A stretch of 64,000 nucleotides of DNA, from the NCBI GenBank assembly GCA_951406725.2, contig OX597818.1:122512001-122576000 (forward strand). The letters run 5' to 3'. Below the pieces are notes generated by a model. It was not told the origin of the DNA. It worked only from the letters and a program-made list of their open reading frames with translations, and made no database searches. Made by a program: the position numbers and the translations under genes. Below are positions 40,549 through 53,865 of this stretch, piece by piece (positions within the stretch are counted from its first letter, which is position 1; each line of letters begins with the position of its first letter). The stretch comes from Octopus vulgaris (taxonomy: Eukaryota).

Positions 40549-41766
40549 ATGGCGGAAGCTTATTCGGACGTGAGTGAGTTAGAGGTGTCATATTCGGAAC
40601 TGTCATCATCTGAAGAGGAATTGGTAGATGCTGTAATGAAGATGGACAGAGTTATAAAGGAAAATCCTTTTGCGAAAGTAACGGAAGTGCCAAAGACAGA
40701 GGTAAGCCTCAAAAATTTGAAAAATTATGAAAAAATGCTAAAAAAGGAAGGTGGCGACATGAAAGTGTCACCACCACAAAAATACCAAGGGCAATGGAAG
40801 AAAGAAAGAGTATATACAAGGTTTATTCTGTCAAAGAGAAAAGGGATAGAAAATGAACAGACGGACGAAATTGACAAGGCGTTGAGGCCTATCTGGCAAG
40901 ACATAGCGTGTCGTGCCAGAGGAAGCCAATACGGCACCGTTGGGGTGTATTTTAAGAACAAGGTGAAAGCGAGGGAAAACTCGACAAAATCAATGAAAAC
41001 AGAAAGGGTAACCCTTCTACCCATATACCTTGGAATAACTTCTAAGGTCAAGGTGGCGGGAATCCCTCCTGAAATAGATGTGGCTTCCGTAGCGGCGGCT
41101 GTGCTACTAGAAAGTGAGAAAGCAGTCACAGTACTCCAAGCCACAGAAACGAAAGCCACTAATTGGCACAGTAAAATCTTGGAATTAATAATACAGAGTA
41201 AAGTGGAAAACTTAGAGTTGCTCGCGGAAACGGTCACAGTTGGAGAAACAGTGATGAAAGTGTGGGCAGATGACAGATCTCCTCGTTGCTATAAATGTGG
41301 TCAAAAGGACACCTTAGATCGGACTGCTCTCTAAAAAATAAGCCAACTCAGGAAAGAGCAGAGAAGGAACTGGAAAGTAGAGAAGAAAGAAATGAGGAAA
41401 ATGGATGGAAGAATATGGGAAGAAAACAGAGGAAGAGGAAAAAGGACAGTTTCAGTGAACCCCAGTCCATACACACCCACCCATACCCTCTCAACCCCAC
41501 CTACCCCCTGCAGATACCAAACCCACACATTTCCCAAGGAAACAAAAACAAAGAAAGAACAGCAGTCATACAAAAAAACCCCGCAAAACGACCTTCCCAC
41601 TTGTTTTGCTTGTGCTTTTTTGAAAGGCATAAAAAGGGATGTTGTGGATAAGTTAGTGCAATGGAAAGATGTAAAAGTGATAGATAGGAAGGGAATGAAA
41701 ATAGAAAAAAATAGTTTTAGGCGAATTGGTGCCAGAACACAGAATGAAAATAATAAGAGACTGTAA
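40549..41766 (+). pseudogene. Second tandem Tx1-like ORF1, DVSE subtype
   Basis: 261-aa open stretch with IWQDIACRARGSQYGTV, VTLLPIYLG, IPPEIDVASVAAAVL, PRCYKCGQK; frameshifts into GHLRSDC. Confidence 0.85.
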
Positions 41767-41817
41767 AGAAAGCGTGGAACACAGAAAAATGGTGTACCAG
41801 ACGAAAGAGACTATGAT

Positions 41818-43880
41818 TTTTTTTATTACTCACAAGGGGCTAAACATTGGTAGGACAATACACACATTCGGGGAAATTTAACACATGAAAGAATAGAACA
41901 ATGAAAATATGCAATGAAGATGGGACGGCCACTCCAGCCCCGCTCCAGGGTGGTTATTTTATTTCAATTATTTCAACAGTTCTTTTCAGAATTATTTCAA
42001 CAGTCTTCAACAGTTCTTTTCAAAATAAATCTCTACTTACCATTTTATATAGTTCTTTATTTCCTCATAGTTCACCACTGGAGCGTGGGGTTCGAATTTT
42101 CACCTCAGGTCCCAGTGGGTTTATATCTGATGGGAAAGCCTCTTTTAAAATTCTATATTTACCTTTTTCCACCAAAACCCATCTCGTCCCCTTATCGTAG
42201 CCCTCCGAGAGTTTTACTTTAACAATGTCTTTCATTTTAGTTATTTTCATTATATTCTGTTCCTGTATACCTCTTGTGTCTGTATGTCTGTTCCTTTTTG
42301 TTTTTGTGACTCTATTATCATGCGTTTGTGGAGGCGCAATGGCCCAGTGGTTAGGGCAGCGGACTCGCGGTCATAGGATCGCGGTTTCGATTCCCAGACC
42401 GGGAGTTGTGAGTGTTTATTGAGCGAAAACACCTAAAAGCTCCACGAAGCTCCGGTAGGGGATGGTGATGATCCCTGCTGTACTCTTTCACCACAACTTT
42501 CTCTCACTCTTACTTCCTGTTTCTGTTGTACCTGTACTTCAAAGGGCCGGCCTTGTCACTCTCTGTGTCACGCTGAATATCCCCGAGAACTACGTTAAGG
42601 GTGCACGTGTCTGTGGAGTGCTCAGCCACTTACACGTTAATTTCACGAGCAGGCTGTTCCGTTGATTCGGATCAACCGGAACCCTTATCGTCGTAACCGA
42701 CGGAGTGCTTCCATTCCATCATGCGTCTGTTTTTCTGTTTCTTTTTTACTGTAAGTCTGTGTGTTTATTTGTCTGCTGGTCTGCTTGTTTGTGTGGCTTT
42801 AAGTCTGCATGTTGCGTCTGTGTGTCTGAGCTATTAGCTTCTGTGCTTTTAGGTTTCTGTAACTCTGTGTCATTTTCTATGTTTCTGTGTGTTTATACCT
42901 CTGTGAATCAGTCTGTTTGTGTGATTGTGAGTCTATGTTTATTCGTTGATATTCTGCTTTTATCCGCTTTCCGCGGTGATCCCACTTGTTCCTGTGATTT
43001 ATATTTCCTTCTTTGTTCAACTTTAGGCGATGAGTCCTTCGTTTCTCTCTTCCTTGACTCGACATCTACAAACTCGGCTTTCTGTTCCTCTTCCAGTATC
43101 TGTTTCTTCCCCTCCATCACATCTTGCGTTTCTATTTCTACGTTTTCCGTTGTTATTTTCGGGCAACTTCTGATGTGTCCTCTTTCGCCACACTCATAGC
43201 ATCTCGGAGGTCTCCCCTCCAAAATTATATCCAGCTTGTCTCCGTTCATCAGTTATAGTGTTTTCGAATTGTCTAATATAGCCTCTGACTTACCGTGAAA
43301 ATAACCTCCAAACTATACCGCCACCAATATACTTGTTGGGTTCTGGTTATCATAAAAAAACTCACTGTATCGTATTCTTCTTTATTTTCTGCAGTAAAAA
43401 TTACTGCCCGTAGCCATTCTGGCTCAATTCTCGACGGGATCCTTCCCACTCTAATCCTCGTTGACCTTTTACCCTCATAATTGGACAGAAACCACCATTC
43501 TCTTCCAGTTATTATCTTATTGGAGTATTCCTCTGTTGCCTCTTCCGATACAAATGTGACCTCTACAGAAGCGTATTTCTTTTCTTTTGGTGTAAAATGA
43601 TATAATTTCTTTTAAATATTTTAACCATTCCTCCAGCTCCTCCTTCGTTGCGTTTTCCAATCTTCCAATCTTCCATGAAAATGTTCTAAATTCGACTACT
43701 TTATTTTCTATTTTCATCTTATCTTCCTCTGATGGGATCAACTTTACGTTTGACTCCTCTCGTTCCACCATAACTTGATATTTCTCAAACGTGTCTGAAT
43801 CCCAACTTATTTCATGTTGTTTCAACCAGCTCGGGACGACAGAAACCCGACTCCCCGTTGCTGCTGCATATGTCTTCAGG
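41818..43880 (-). mobile_element. ORF1-only Tx1-like element with 3' tail, interrupted by SINE B
   Basis: KTYAAATG...GRIPSRIEPEWLRAVI...RPPRCYECGERGHIRSCP...KMKDIVKVKLSEG, then directly tgtcctaccaatgtttagccccttgtgagtaataaaaaaa. No ORF2. Confidence 0.8.
42329..42717 (+). mobile_element. SINE family B, full length
   Basis: TSD atcatgcgt(t/c)tgt at 42317-42329 and 42718-42730. Confidence 0.93.
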
Positions 43881-44907
43881 TTTTCTTAATCAGCAAGGCC
43901 CCCCCACAAACAATTGTGACGTTATATTCAAAAACCTGCTGCAGATAGTATCGTATAGCCAGCTGGAGACGATATCTCATGGGGCTAAATTTAAGTAACA
44001 TTCGTCCTAAACCAGGACTGCCATGTTATGTTGGCAAACAATCTTTACTCCAAAGTACTGTTGCTTAATATCTTTCGTTGTGAGATTTTAAATACTAATT
44101 TTCTAAAAAAAAAAAAATCTGTGCTTGAGATGGAAAAGATCACCTTTCATCCTTTCGGGGCCGATATATTAAGTACCAGTTGCGTACTGAGGTCGATCTA
44201 ATTGACTGACTCCCTCCCTAAAAATTTCAAGCCTTGTGCTTAGACTAGAAAAGAATATATATAAGACGACAATATCTAATGCGTTTTTCAATAATTTAAA
44301 CGATCTGGCATAATATGGCGCATGATATAATTAAAACTTTACTGTTATTTCTGCCATATCAAATGGCCATCTAGCAGGCCCTTTGCTGAAGCTACCCGAG
44401 ATTAAAGCGTTGTTTTGATTCACTCAGGAGTGTCTGCTGGGAAGGGTAAACGAAGAGAATTATCAGAAATGCCAAGATCTGGTTATATGATTATAGTTTC
44501 AGCATTCTGTCATCGGAAATAAATATTACATGAGGAATTCCTATTAGAACTGTCACTGATACTTAGTATGCAAGCTTAATGGTTCACTTACGTGAGAAAG
44601 ACAAAAAGACGTAGACGTTCTATATTTGCATGGCAATTATTTAGCTGACAAGAGCTTTCTTGCACAAGATAGTATTTGAGATGTAGAATTTCAATTGATT
44701 AATCACCTACTGTTTTCCTCCTAATATAGCACCCGCAAATTCTACTGGTCCCCACACTTGAGGGAGAAAACCGTATCGGAAATGATGCAATTTAATATTG
44801 ATAGCGATCAAATTGCATTCATCAATGAGTAATTGCAATCGTAAATTGATATACATCTGCTCAAATTATTACATATCCTGATCATTTAAAACTCTTTCTG
44901 TCTCTGA

Positions 44908-44941
<34 letters not shown>

Positions 44942-45280
44942 CTGTATATATATATATGTATATATATATATATAGATAGATAGATAGATAGATAGATATA
45001 GACACACACACAAATATATATATATATACGCACACATAGATGTATTTATGTAATCCAATAATGGTTCGATACACGTACGTTTGTATTTCTCCATCTTCCT
45101 TCTCCGTTTTTTTCTCCTTCTTCACTCAATCTTTCAAAAAAGAACAAAGGAAAAAAAGGTGATTACTCGAAAGGTAACATATGCTTCTTGGTTTCTCATT
45201 CCTCAGTGTCATCTAAATATCAACGTAGTTTTTGTCGTTTTCTAACTTCATGTTTGTGTTGTATGTTTTTAATACGTACA

Positions 45281-45324
<44 letters not shown>

Positions 45325-45330
<6 letters not shown>

Positions 45331-45518
45331 TAATCTAAACAAGAAATCACAAAAACACACAACAACGCGAGGACGTGGAACAAATATAGTATTATTGGAC
45401 TCTCAGGAAAGAAGGAAAGAAGGAGGGTTTAACGTTTAGAGCGGAGCTCTTCGTCGGAAACATAGGAGAAGGAAAGATCCAGAGAAGGGAAGACAGAGGA
45501 AAAAAAATCGCCAACGGT

Positions 45519-45520
<2 letters not shown>
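45325..45520 (-). mobile_element. Hammerhead-bearing element, family P1 (GAAA mutated to TAAA)
   Basis: Matches 9125-9272 and 28700-28885. Confidence 0.75.
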
Positions 45521-45581
<61 letters not shown>

Positions 45582-46059
45582 CAAATGGATGACGGTTAGT
45601 AAGGAGAGACACACAAATAAGAAAGAAGAAAGAAAAGGACCACTGATACGGTCACAGGAGTGTGACGAAGGAACTCTGGCCGAAATAAGATTAAGATTAA
45701 TGTAAAAAATAAGTAACACTGAAGCAAAATAACACCAAATATATAGTGCGTGTTTTTATTGGCTAAACTGGCAAAATGACCATTCGAAATATAACAATAT
45801 ATATATATATTCTCTTATTCGTTTATTCTTTTACTTGTTTCAGTCATTTGACTGCGGCCATGCTGGAGCGTCTGGGAGCGTTTTAGTCTAACAAATTGAT
45901 CCCAGGGCTTCTTTCTAAAGCCTAGCAGTTATTTTCTCAATGTCTTTTGCTCAACCGCTACGTCACGGGGACAGAAAGACACCAACACCGATTGTAAATC
46001 AGTGATAAGGGACAAACACAGTCACATACACGTGTATTCCCTCTTCTCTGTCACGTGAC

Positions 46060-46531
46060 TGTTGGCCGAAATCTGCCTTTCAGCTTCTGACCCTCGTCGT
46101 GTTAACATCGCTGTTTTCGTCCGCCACTATAAAGGCTTTTTCCATTGCGCCAGAGAAAAAATTTGTTTGCTTGTTATCAGTCGTAAGACACTGTTGTTTT
46201 CACCGTTAATGCTTCTGTATTTCATGTTTCTGTATTCCATTATTGTTTTTTGTTTTTTTATATCTGTCCCTTTTGCTGTCCTGGTGTTCGTATGCATTCG
46301 ATCCTTCTTCCAGGAAATCTACGCTTCCAGCTTAGTTTTTCTAATGCTCGTTGCTTGGTTTTTCTTGGAGGGCTGGCCGTGATCTAGTAATCTCAAGATT
46401 AATCAGCCGAAATTACTACGATGATCCGGTTCTTGACTGAAGACTGAGGGTTTCGAATGTCCTGTCCGTGTTTATTGTGTCGTCTTCTAAGAGTTATACG
46501 TTCTTGTCCATGTTGTATTTTTCTACATACC

Positions 46532-46535
<4 letters not shown>
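46060..46535 (+). mobile_element. (TA)n-anchored element family P2
   Basis: Homologous to 29464-29760. 3' end abuts (TA)n. Confidence 0.65.
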
Positions 46536-46596
<61 letters not shown>

Positions 46597-47156
46597 AAGT
46601 AAATAAGATGGCTAGCAGCAGGCTGTTTCGCCTCATACCGAAGAATTAGAAATGGCAGTCAAAGACCGTTTTTTTTCCATTTTCTATAAGTGGAGATTCC
46701 AAAAACGAAGGCCCATGGGGCTCACATACACAAAACCGGACTAGCAAATAGACGAAAGCAGTCACTTACCGTTAATAACGAACACGTGTTTCTGGATCAC
46801 AAACATAGAAAAGTAGTTTGAATTCCTATTTACTTTACTATATACTGAACCTTACAAAGGTCCTGACAATAAATTTGTCGTATTTACATACCGAAATTTA
46901 CCGGTAAATAATTGTTGGTTACATGAAAAACCACAGGAAAATTATTTACCATTTTTATTGCATTACCATGTGGATTCCTCATTCCATTACGATTACCCAG
47001 AAGGCGCGCATGGCAGAATTTTGGAGGGAGAATTTACGTTCCCAGCCGTTACTCAGTTTTAACATCTGCACACTTCCCCCCACTATCTGATGTCGCTGGG
47101 TCGGAAGTGAGGGCCAGTGGCATTTGGTAAAGCTATCGAATATAGCGCCGATGACG

Positions 47157-47237
<81 letters not shown>

Positions 47238-47376
47238 TAGATATATAGATATATATATACACACGATGAGCTTCTTGCAGTTTCCGTCTAGCAAATCCAC
47301 ACAGAAGGCTCTAATCGGCCTGTGGCTATAATTGGAGTGGGATTGAACCCGGTACCAAGTGGTTAGGAAGTAAGCT

Positions 47377-49720
47377 TCTTTATTTCATAAATTGGCTATG
47401 GAAGCCGTACATAAATGGGACAGACAAGGACAGACAAACAAAGAGGGTGCAGAAGTTGCTTATTACGAATGAAAGTTTCGAATGAAAACATATAAATGTC
47501 ATGCTGTTAAAAATTATATATTTTTATACTTTTTTCCTTTTAAAAATTTCAATGGAAGCTTGATGATCATTGCAAATTTTGCAATGTTTGATTGAAGGCA
47601 TCCGACTGCCAGGTTAGAACCTTTACTTTTCCTTCTGGTCCCACTTACCTGGTTCCAGTCACTCGCAGCTTGTTTGCTAGATGCCTCCATTTTTTCGCGA
47701 ACATATCCTGTGACAGGTATCACTTCTCCAACCAGATCTTGCTATCGCGGTAGTAACTAAAGAAATTAATCAACCCTGGCCGGAGATGAAGGTACTTGGC
47801 ACTATACCTCTTGCACGCGTCTTCCATACTGTTTCTTTCAGTATGGCTACAGCACAGAAAAAACAAGCCTTCCTTTCCCTGTTAAGGGAAGGAGGCAGCA
47901 CAATCTTGATAATAGACTCAGCCGATAGCTGTACTCTTCCCATCGTTGACATCAGTTGCTTGACAAAAGCTTTTAGTCCTGATAATGCGTAACACTCCTC
48001 GAAGACGTGCAAGACAGTTTCTCTATCCCGCCGCCCGTACCTCGGGTATGTCGGCGACACGGCACCTCCGTGCCATGGCAGCTTGTCTCGAACAGGCAAA
48101 GCCGAACGGCAGCACTGCCAACCCAGGGATTACTGGTAATTTTCCATATACCCCGGCCCGAAAGTTCTCCTGAACAGTTTGATCAACTGATTTCCATCGA
48201 AGCCCAGGGTCTCCCCCAGGACATCGTCTGACATAAATTCCTCTAACCCGCTATAGAAATCCACAGTGGGACTCCTGTCACCGGTATTGCCCGCTCGAGA
48301 GAGTAGCTGGAGTGCTTGACGGCACTCCAGTTGCCAATTTCCCAGCTTAGGTCTTCATTTTATCCATGAACCAATGTCCATCAAGGACATCAACTGTGGA
48401 AGGTAGAATCTTACATGCTGTGTCCACACCTGCTCTCCATCCAGGTAAAATCAGAGGTGTCTCAAGCTTAACGCAAATTTTTGCATCCTCAGCCAAGGTA
48501 TCCCTAGCTCACCCTTTACTAGTTTTTGGCAGCAAACAGAACACTTCACAAGTGGCTTTCCTCTCTTCCACGAAAAGCGGAATACACAAATACATTTGTG
48601 TATTTTTCCATTGGGCCGAATTCGACCAAAATTCGTCTTTCGCCTAGTTTTTCTGGGACTGTTGGGCAGATTTTAATCTTTGAGTTGCTGTATTTTTCAT
48701 TTTTGTGGGCTATGTGGACGTTGATTGTGTCAAGGTTCTTTTGGTCAGGCCTCGAACAAGAGTGTACTCACCCCTCGACTGCCTCCATGGTGTCATGTGG
48801 GGAGTTGCACTTTTACTGTTATGTGCCGTCAACGTTGAGGTGTTGGGTATTTTGTTGTCAGGACTGGTGTGTACATAGGTGTAGCTTTTGAAATACTTGT
48901 TTGGGAACTTGTGTGGGCGCCACTGTTGGGGGAGTAGGTGTTTTGGTAGTGTAGGGGCAGGTGTGCGTGCGTGGGCTTGGGAGCAGTTTTTCGGGTTTGT
49001 GAGGAGTCAGGTGTATGTGTATTCGTAGAACTTTGGGCCTTTACATTCTATTCCTTTTTTCCCGCGTCGCAGTCAACCCTTATGTGGCCTTTTCGGTCAC
49101 ATTTAAAATATCTGGTGTTTTTTCCCTCCACATGAATTTTGAGGGTCACGTCCTCGCCCACGAGCACTCGGTCGGGGAAACCTATCTATGTCTCCTGGTG
49201 CCACTTGAATGATGGCCGCAATGTTTTGCCCGAGCCAATTTTGGTGTGGCGGGGACAGAGCGTGTTACTTATAGAATATTAATTTTATCTTCCCTGTTAA
49301 ACAACAGGGCCACCGCCCACGCGTTATCTACCCCCTGCGGTGCCCTGATACGGGACGTGCGCCGCGCCATATAAGTTGGCAGAAGCACCACTTCTTTTGT
49401 CTTCAACGCGTTGAGAGAGTGCTCCCGGGCCATATCGGTTGTGCCAAATTTCCTTCCTCTTGTTACATAGCTAATATCTTTCCATATGGGTGCCAGGCAG
49501 TATTCAATTTCATTCTGTACTATATGTCGCATTTTTTTCTCGGCAGAACGTTTTGAATATAATTGTGTTGGTGGGAGGTGATATCATTATTTCACCCTCC
49601 TCTTCTGTCATTCTTTTAAACATTTCCTGGAGTTCCCCCAATGGGATCTCCAGACTTTCCATTTGTACGGCGGTGACTGCTGCTAAACCTTTTGTGACTT
49701 GTTTTGGAGTCTAGTTAGCC
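47377..49720 (-). mobile_element. Internally deleted Tx1/L1-like LINE: ORF1 joined to the ORF2 C-terminus and 3' UTR
   Basis: ORF1 LAPIWKDISYVTRGRKFGT, VVLLPTYMARRTSRI, YFKCDRKGHIRVDC. From about 48570, ORF2 PLVKCSVCCQK...WQCCRSALPVRDKL...ETVLHVFEEC (zf-RVT-like). Tail ends aataaagaa. Confidence 0.85.
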
Positions 49721-50622
49721 TCCAAAGCCTCACACTCTTCGAGAGAGCATTTTCTCTTATTATCACCACCGACATTTCGGTCGAGATAAATTAACAGAAA
49801 ACATACGAACAAAAATAAAACACAGTTCCAAGATTTTATTTTTTTGTGGCAATCAGTAACATGTATGGATAATTTCAAATGCGTATTAATGTAAATTTAA
49901 AGTATTTGTTCAGGAAACACCGAGACTTCAGAAGAATGTAAATTTTTTAAAAAATAGGTACGTTATTTTAATTGAAGTCCGCCATATTTGTAACGGAATA
50001 ACAAACTGCAATTTTATTAGATGTTGTGTGTGTGTGTGTATTTCGTACAAATACATTTACGTATTTATGTGTGTCAAAATGTTCTTGTATTATAAACGAA
50101 AATAGGAGATAGGTACAGAAGACAACGACAATATATGCAAGGCAATCATAGCTCCAATTAAATTGATACAAAAGGAGAACGACTTTAGTGCTCGCTCTAC
50201 TTGAGATAACAGTCATTCCGTCACCTAAATGTCGTTTTATTATCATTCAGGAGTGTCAGTAGCTACAAAGCAATTGTTGGTAATAGTGTTGGCGAAAGTG
50301 GCGGTATTGGTGATAGTCTTGTGGTATTTGTAAAGGTGATAGTATTTGTAAAGGTGATAGTATTTGTAAAGGTGGTTATGTGGGTAGCGGTGTTAGTAGT
50401 GACGTCGGTATAGTAGTGGTTTTAGTTGTAGAGTTGTTGTAGTATCGGAGATGGTAAGGGTGCTGGTTCTGTAGTTTGTGACTGTTGTCGGGTTGACGCT
50501 AGACTTAATGATAACGGTGATGGTGTTGGAATCGATGGGGCTGTTGGTGATGTTAGTGATAGGGTTAGTTATGTTCTTGGCGGTATGGATGGGGGTAGTT
50601 TTACTATATTATAGGATGATGC

Positions 50623-50787
50623 TTTCGTCTGCCGCTACGTTCTAAGTTCAAATTCCGCCGAGGTCAACTTTGCCTTTCATCCTTTCCGGGTCGATAAATA
50701 AAGTACCAGTTTCGCACTGGGGTCGATGTAATCGACTTAATCCCTTTGTCTGTCCTTGTTTATCCCCTTGTGGGCAGTAAAGAAATA
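50623..50787 (+). mobile_element. 5'-truncated SINE family A, tail type 1
   Basis: 18-bp TSD tatattataggatgatgc at 50605-50622 and 50788-50805. Confidence 0.93.
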
Positions 50788-52308
50788 TATATTATAGGAT
50801 GATGCAACTTGTGTTTGATGCACATGCAGCTACACATAGCTCATTGAACAAGATTATATTCCCTACGCTCCTCACAATATCTAAATATGATGTTATCTTT
50901 CTGCGTCTATTCAATCCATTCTTATCTTTTGTATTCTAGCCCACCTCCATATACTTCGACACCTTTGCCTACGCAAATGAATGAGCCAGAAATAATCAGC
51001 TAATTGGGTGCCGGATCTATTATGTTAAGTAGATCAAATCAGTTAAATTCAGGAATATATACTTTGTTTCGTAATATTTTACCTGATATATCACCTGATG
51101 TATCAGTTCATAGATACAACAGAGTTACTATTCATAATAAGATCTGTATCGATATTGTCACTGTGGAGACTGTTCCTTATCGATTATATCACCTTTGATA
51201 ACATTTCTACAGATAATTACAACGTAAATATAACTGCTGCACCAGCTGATGCAGATGATAACACCAAGCAGCAGCAGCAGAAACAGCAACAGCATGAATA
51301 ACTATTTCAAACATCATATATCTGAATTGTTATTAAAGATCAGGCAAATTGTGATACGAATAATTATTATTTAATTATTCTATCAGTTAATTATTATTTA
51401 ATTATTTAATAATTATTTCATTATAAAATAGTTAAATAAAAATTAGACAAGAAAAACGAAAAAAAAAGCAGATGCAGAATGATCAGGTGATAAAAAATAT
51501 AAATTGATGAATAGGTAGTATATGTTAGTAAAAAGAATGTTATTGTTGAGGTGAGGAAAAAAAGAAAGGAAAAAATAGACGAGGAGATATATGATGAGAA
51601 TTAGTGACACATTTATAAAGTCCTTGTAGGTTTTCTCCAGGTAATAATTTGGTAGTTCGTTTAGAGTCCAAAATGATGTTAGTATGCGTGAAGGAAGCCT
51701 GTCCATATCAATATAAATGAATGCCTATTGTGCTAAACAGAAACTGATTGAAGCCCGTCGTATATATGTCTATATTTGTGTTTGTGTGTGCCTGTGTTTA
51801 TGCCCCCACTATCGCTTGACAACCGATGTCGGTGTGTTTACGCCCCTGTAACTTACCGGTTCGGCAAGGAAGACCGATAGAATAAGCATTAGGCTTACAA
51901 AGAATAAGTCCCTGAGTAGATTTGTCGACTAAAGGCGCCGCTCCAGCATGGCTGCCGTTAAATTACAAAAACAAGTAAAAGAATAAGAAACTATGCCACT
52001 TTAATCACAAGCACCACCGGGTATCTCTGTGTGTGTGTGTGTATGTGTGTATACATGTATATATGTGTGTGTGTGCACATTAGTTATAATTATAGAAATC
52101 AGTCAATCACCATTATTCATAGTTCCAAAGCTAGCATTCAAATAAAATTCTATATCTACATACTGCAGCGATGAAACTTCATAATATATATTGACTGATT
52201 TCTATAATTGCAAAAATATATAAAAAAAACTTACTCTATAGTCTTCACATTGAACGCTCATTTTATACATGAAACCAATACACACACACACATACACACA
52301 CACACATA

Positions 52309-52352
<44 letters not shown>

Positions 52353-52797
52353 TTTATACACACACATATATGCGTGGTTGTGTGTGTACGTATGTAGCTC
52401 TATCTCTGTGATTACACTTACAACGGTATACTACTACTACTACTACTACTACAACTACTACTACTGCAGATAAGAAATATTGTAAGAATATCAACATATT
52501 TTGAATATATGAACACATGCACAATTGTGCACTGAATGTCTAGACTTTGAAAAGTATTAAATTTTTAATTTTCTGAAATGCCTTACGGAAAAACTATACG
52601 GAAATTGATATGAATTTTGAAGAAATTATATATATTGGAGGCACTATTTATTGAATATCCTCCGAACAATTTTCATAGCGTTGTTATATTAATTTCTGCA
52701 ATTCTGAATTCCAAATACAACACGACTGATTGATCTCTCTTCATTTCAAATTTTCTAAAGAAATATCAGCTCTCTGTTTAGATCCAGCTCTAGAGCC

Positions 52798-53022
52798 TAT
52801 TTCTTTACTACCCACAAGAGGCTAAACATAGAGGAGACAAGCAAAAACAGACAAACGAATTAAGTCGATTACATCGACCCCAGTGCGTAACTGGTACTTA
52901 ATTTATCGACCCCGAAAGGATTAAAGGCAAAGTCGACCTCGGCGGAATTTGAACTCAGAACGTAACAGCAGACGAAATACGGCTACGAATTTCGCCCGGC
53001 GTGCTAACGTTTCTGCCAGCTC
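52798..53022 (-). mobile_element. SINE family A, tail type 1
   Basis: 14-bp TSD ccagctctagagcc at 52784-52797 and 53016-53029, overlapping the SINE head by microhomology. Confidence 0.93.
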
Positions 53023-53461
53023 TAGAGCCGTGTTATAACACCTATAATTAAAAAAAAAAACTCTTGCAACAGCGACCTTCCATTTTAATTTTTCTTGGTC
53101 AACTCCCTACAAATATGGCGGGGTTTAATTTGAGGGATATTGATCCGTCAGTTCCAGCAAGTAAATAACTACTCTCTCGTGTCGACATAAATGTCAATAA
53201 TATATTTTTTTTACTGTTGTACTTCTTCCGTCATTCATTGTGGCCTGTGCTGGGGCACCGCCTTGAAGTGTTCGCTCGGACAATTTCACCACATGGTATA
53301 GTTTTATAGTCTGGTAATTATTCCGTCGATCATTTTTGTCGTGCTCCTAAGTGATACAGAGTAAAACAAACCACCACCAGTTATTAAGTGACAAGAGACA
53401 GGCACAAACACACAAATGCAAACACATAAGTATTCATATGCATATATGTATGTACATATAA

Positions 53462-53865
53462 GGGCGGCGAGCTGGCAGAATCGTTAGCACGATTGGGCGA
53501 AATGCTTAGCGGTATTTAGGCTAAGTTCAAATTCCACCGAGGTCGCCTTTGCCTTTCATCCTTTCTGGATCGATTAAATGAGCACCAGTTACGCACTGGG
53601 GTCGATATATTCGACTTAATCCGTTTCTCTGTCCTTGTTTGTCCTCTCTCTGTTTAGCCTTTTGTGCGTAGTAAAGAAATAGGTATTTCGGTTGCCGTTA
53701 CGTTCTGAGTTCAAATTCCGCCGAGGCCGACTTTGCCTTTCATCTTTTCGGAGTCGATTAAATAACTACCAGTTACTTACTGGGGTCGATATAATCAACT
53801 TAATCCCTTAGTCTGTCCTTGTTTGTCCCCTCTATGTTTAGCCCCCTGTGAGCAATAAAAATTAA
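53462..53865 (+). mobile_element. SINE family A with a second copy inserted into it
   Basis: Inner duplication ggtattt at 53511-53517 and 53682-53688. Outer direct repeat atatgtatgtac at 53444-53455 and 53866-53877. Confidence 0.88.

Noticed and set aside
46365-46415. GGCTG...CAGCC-GAAA stem resembling a hammerhead in family P2
   Set aside because: No CUGANGA upstream of the stem in either copy (46365 or 29640).
50324-50375. 18-bp unit gtatttgtaaaggtgata repeated about three times
   Set aside because: Spacerless slippage repeat in low-complexity DNA; not CRISPR-like.
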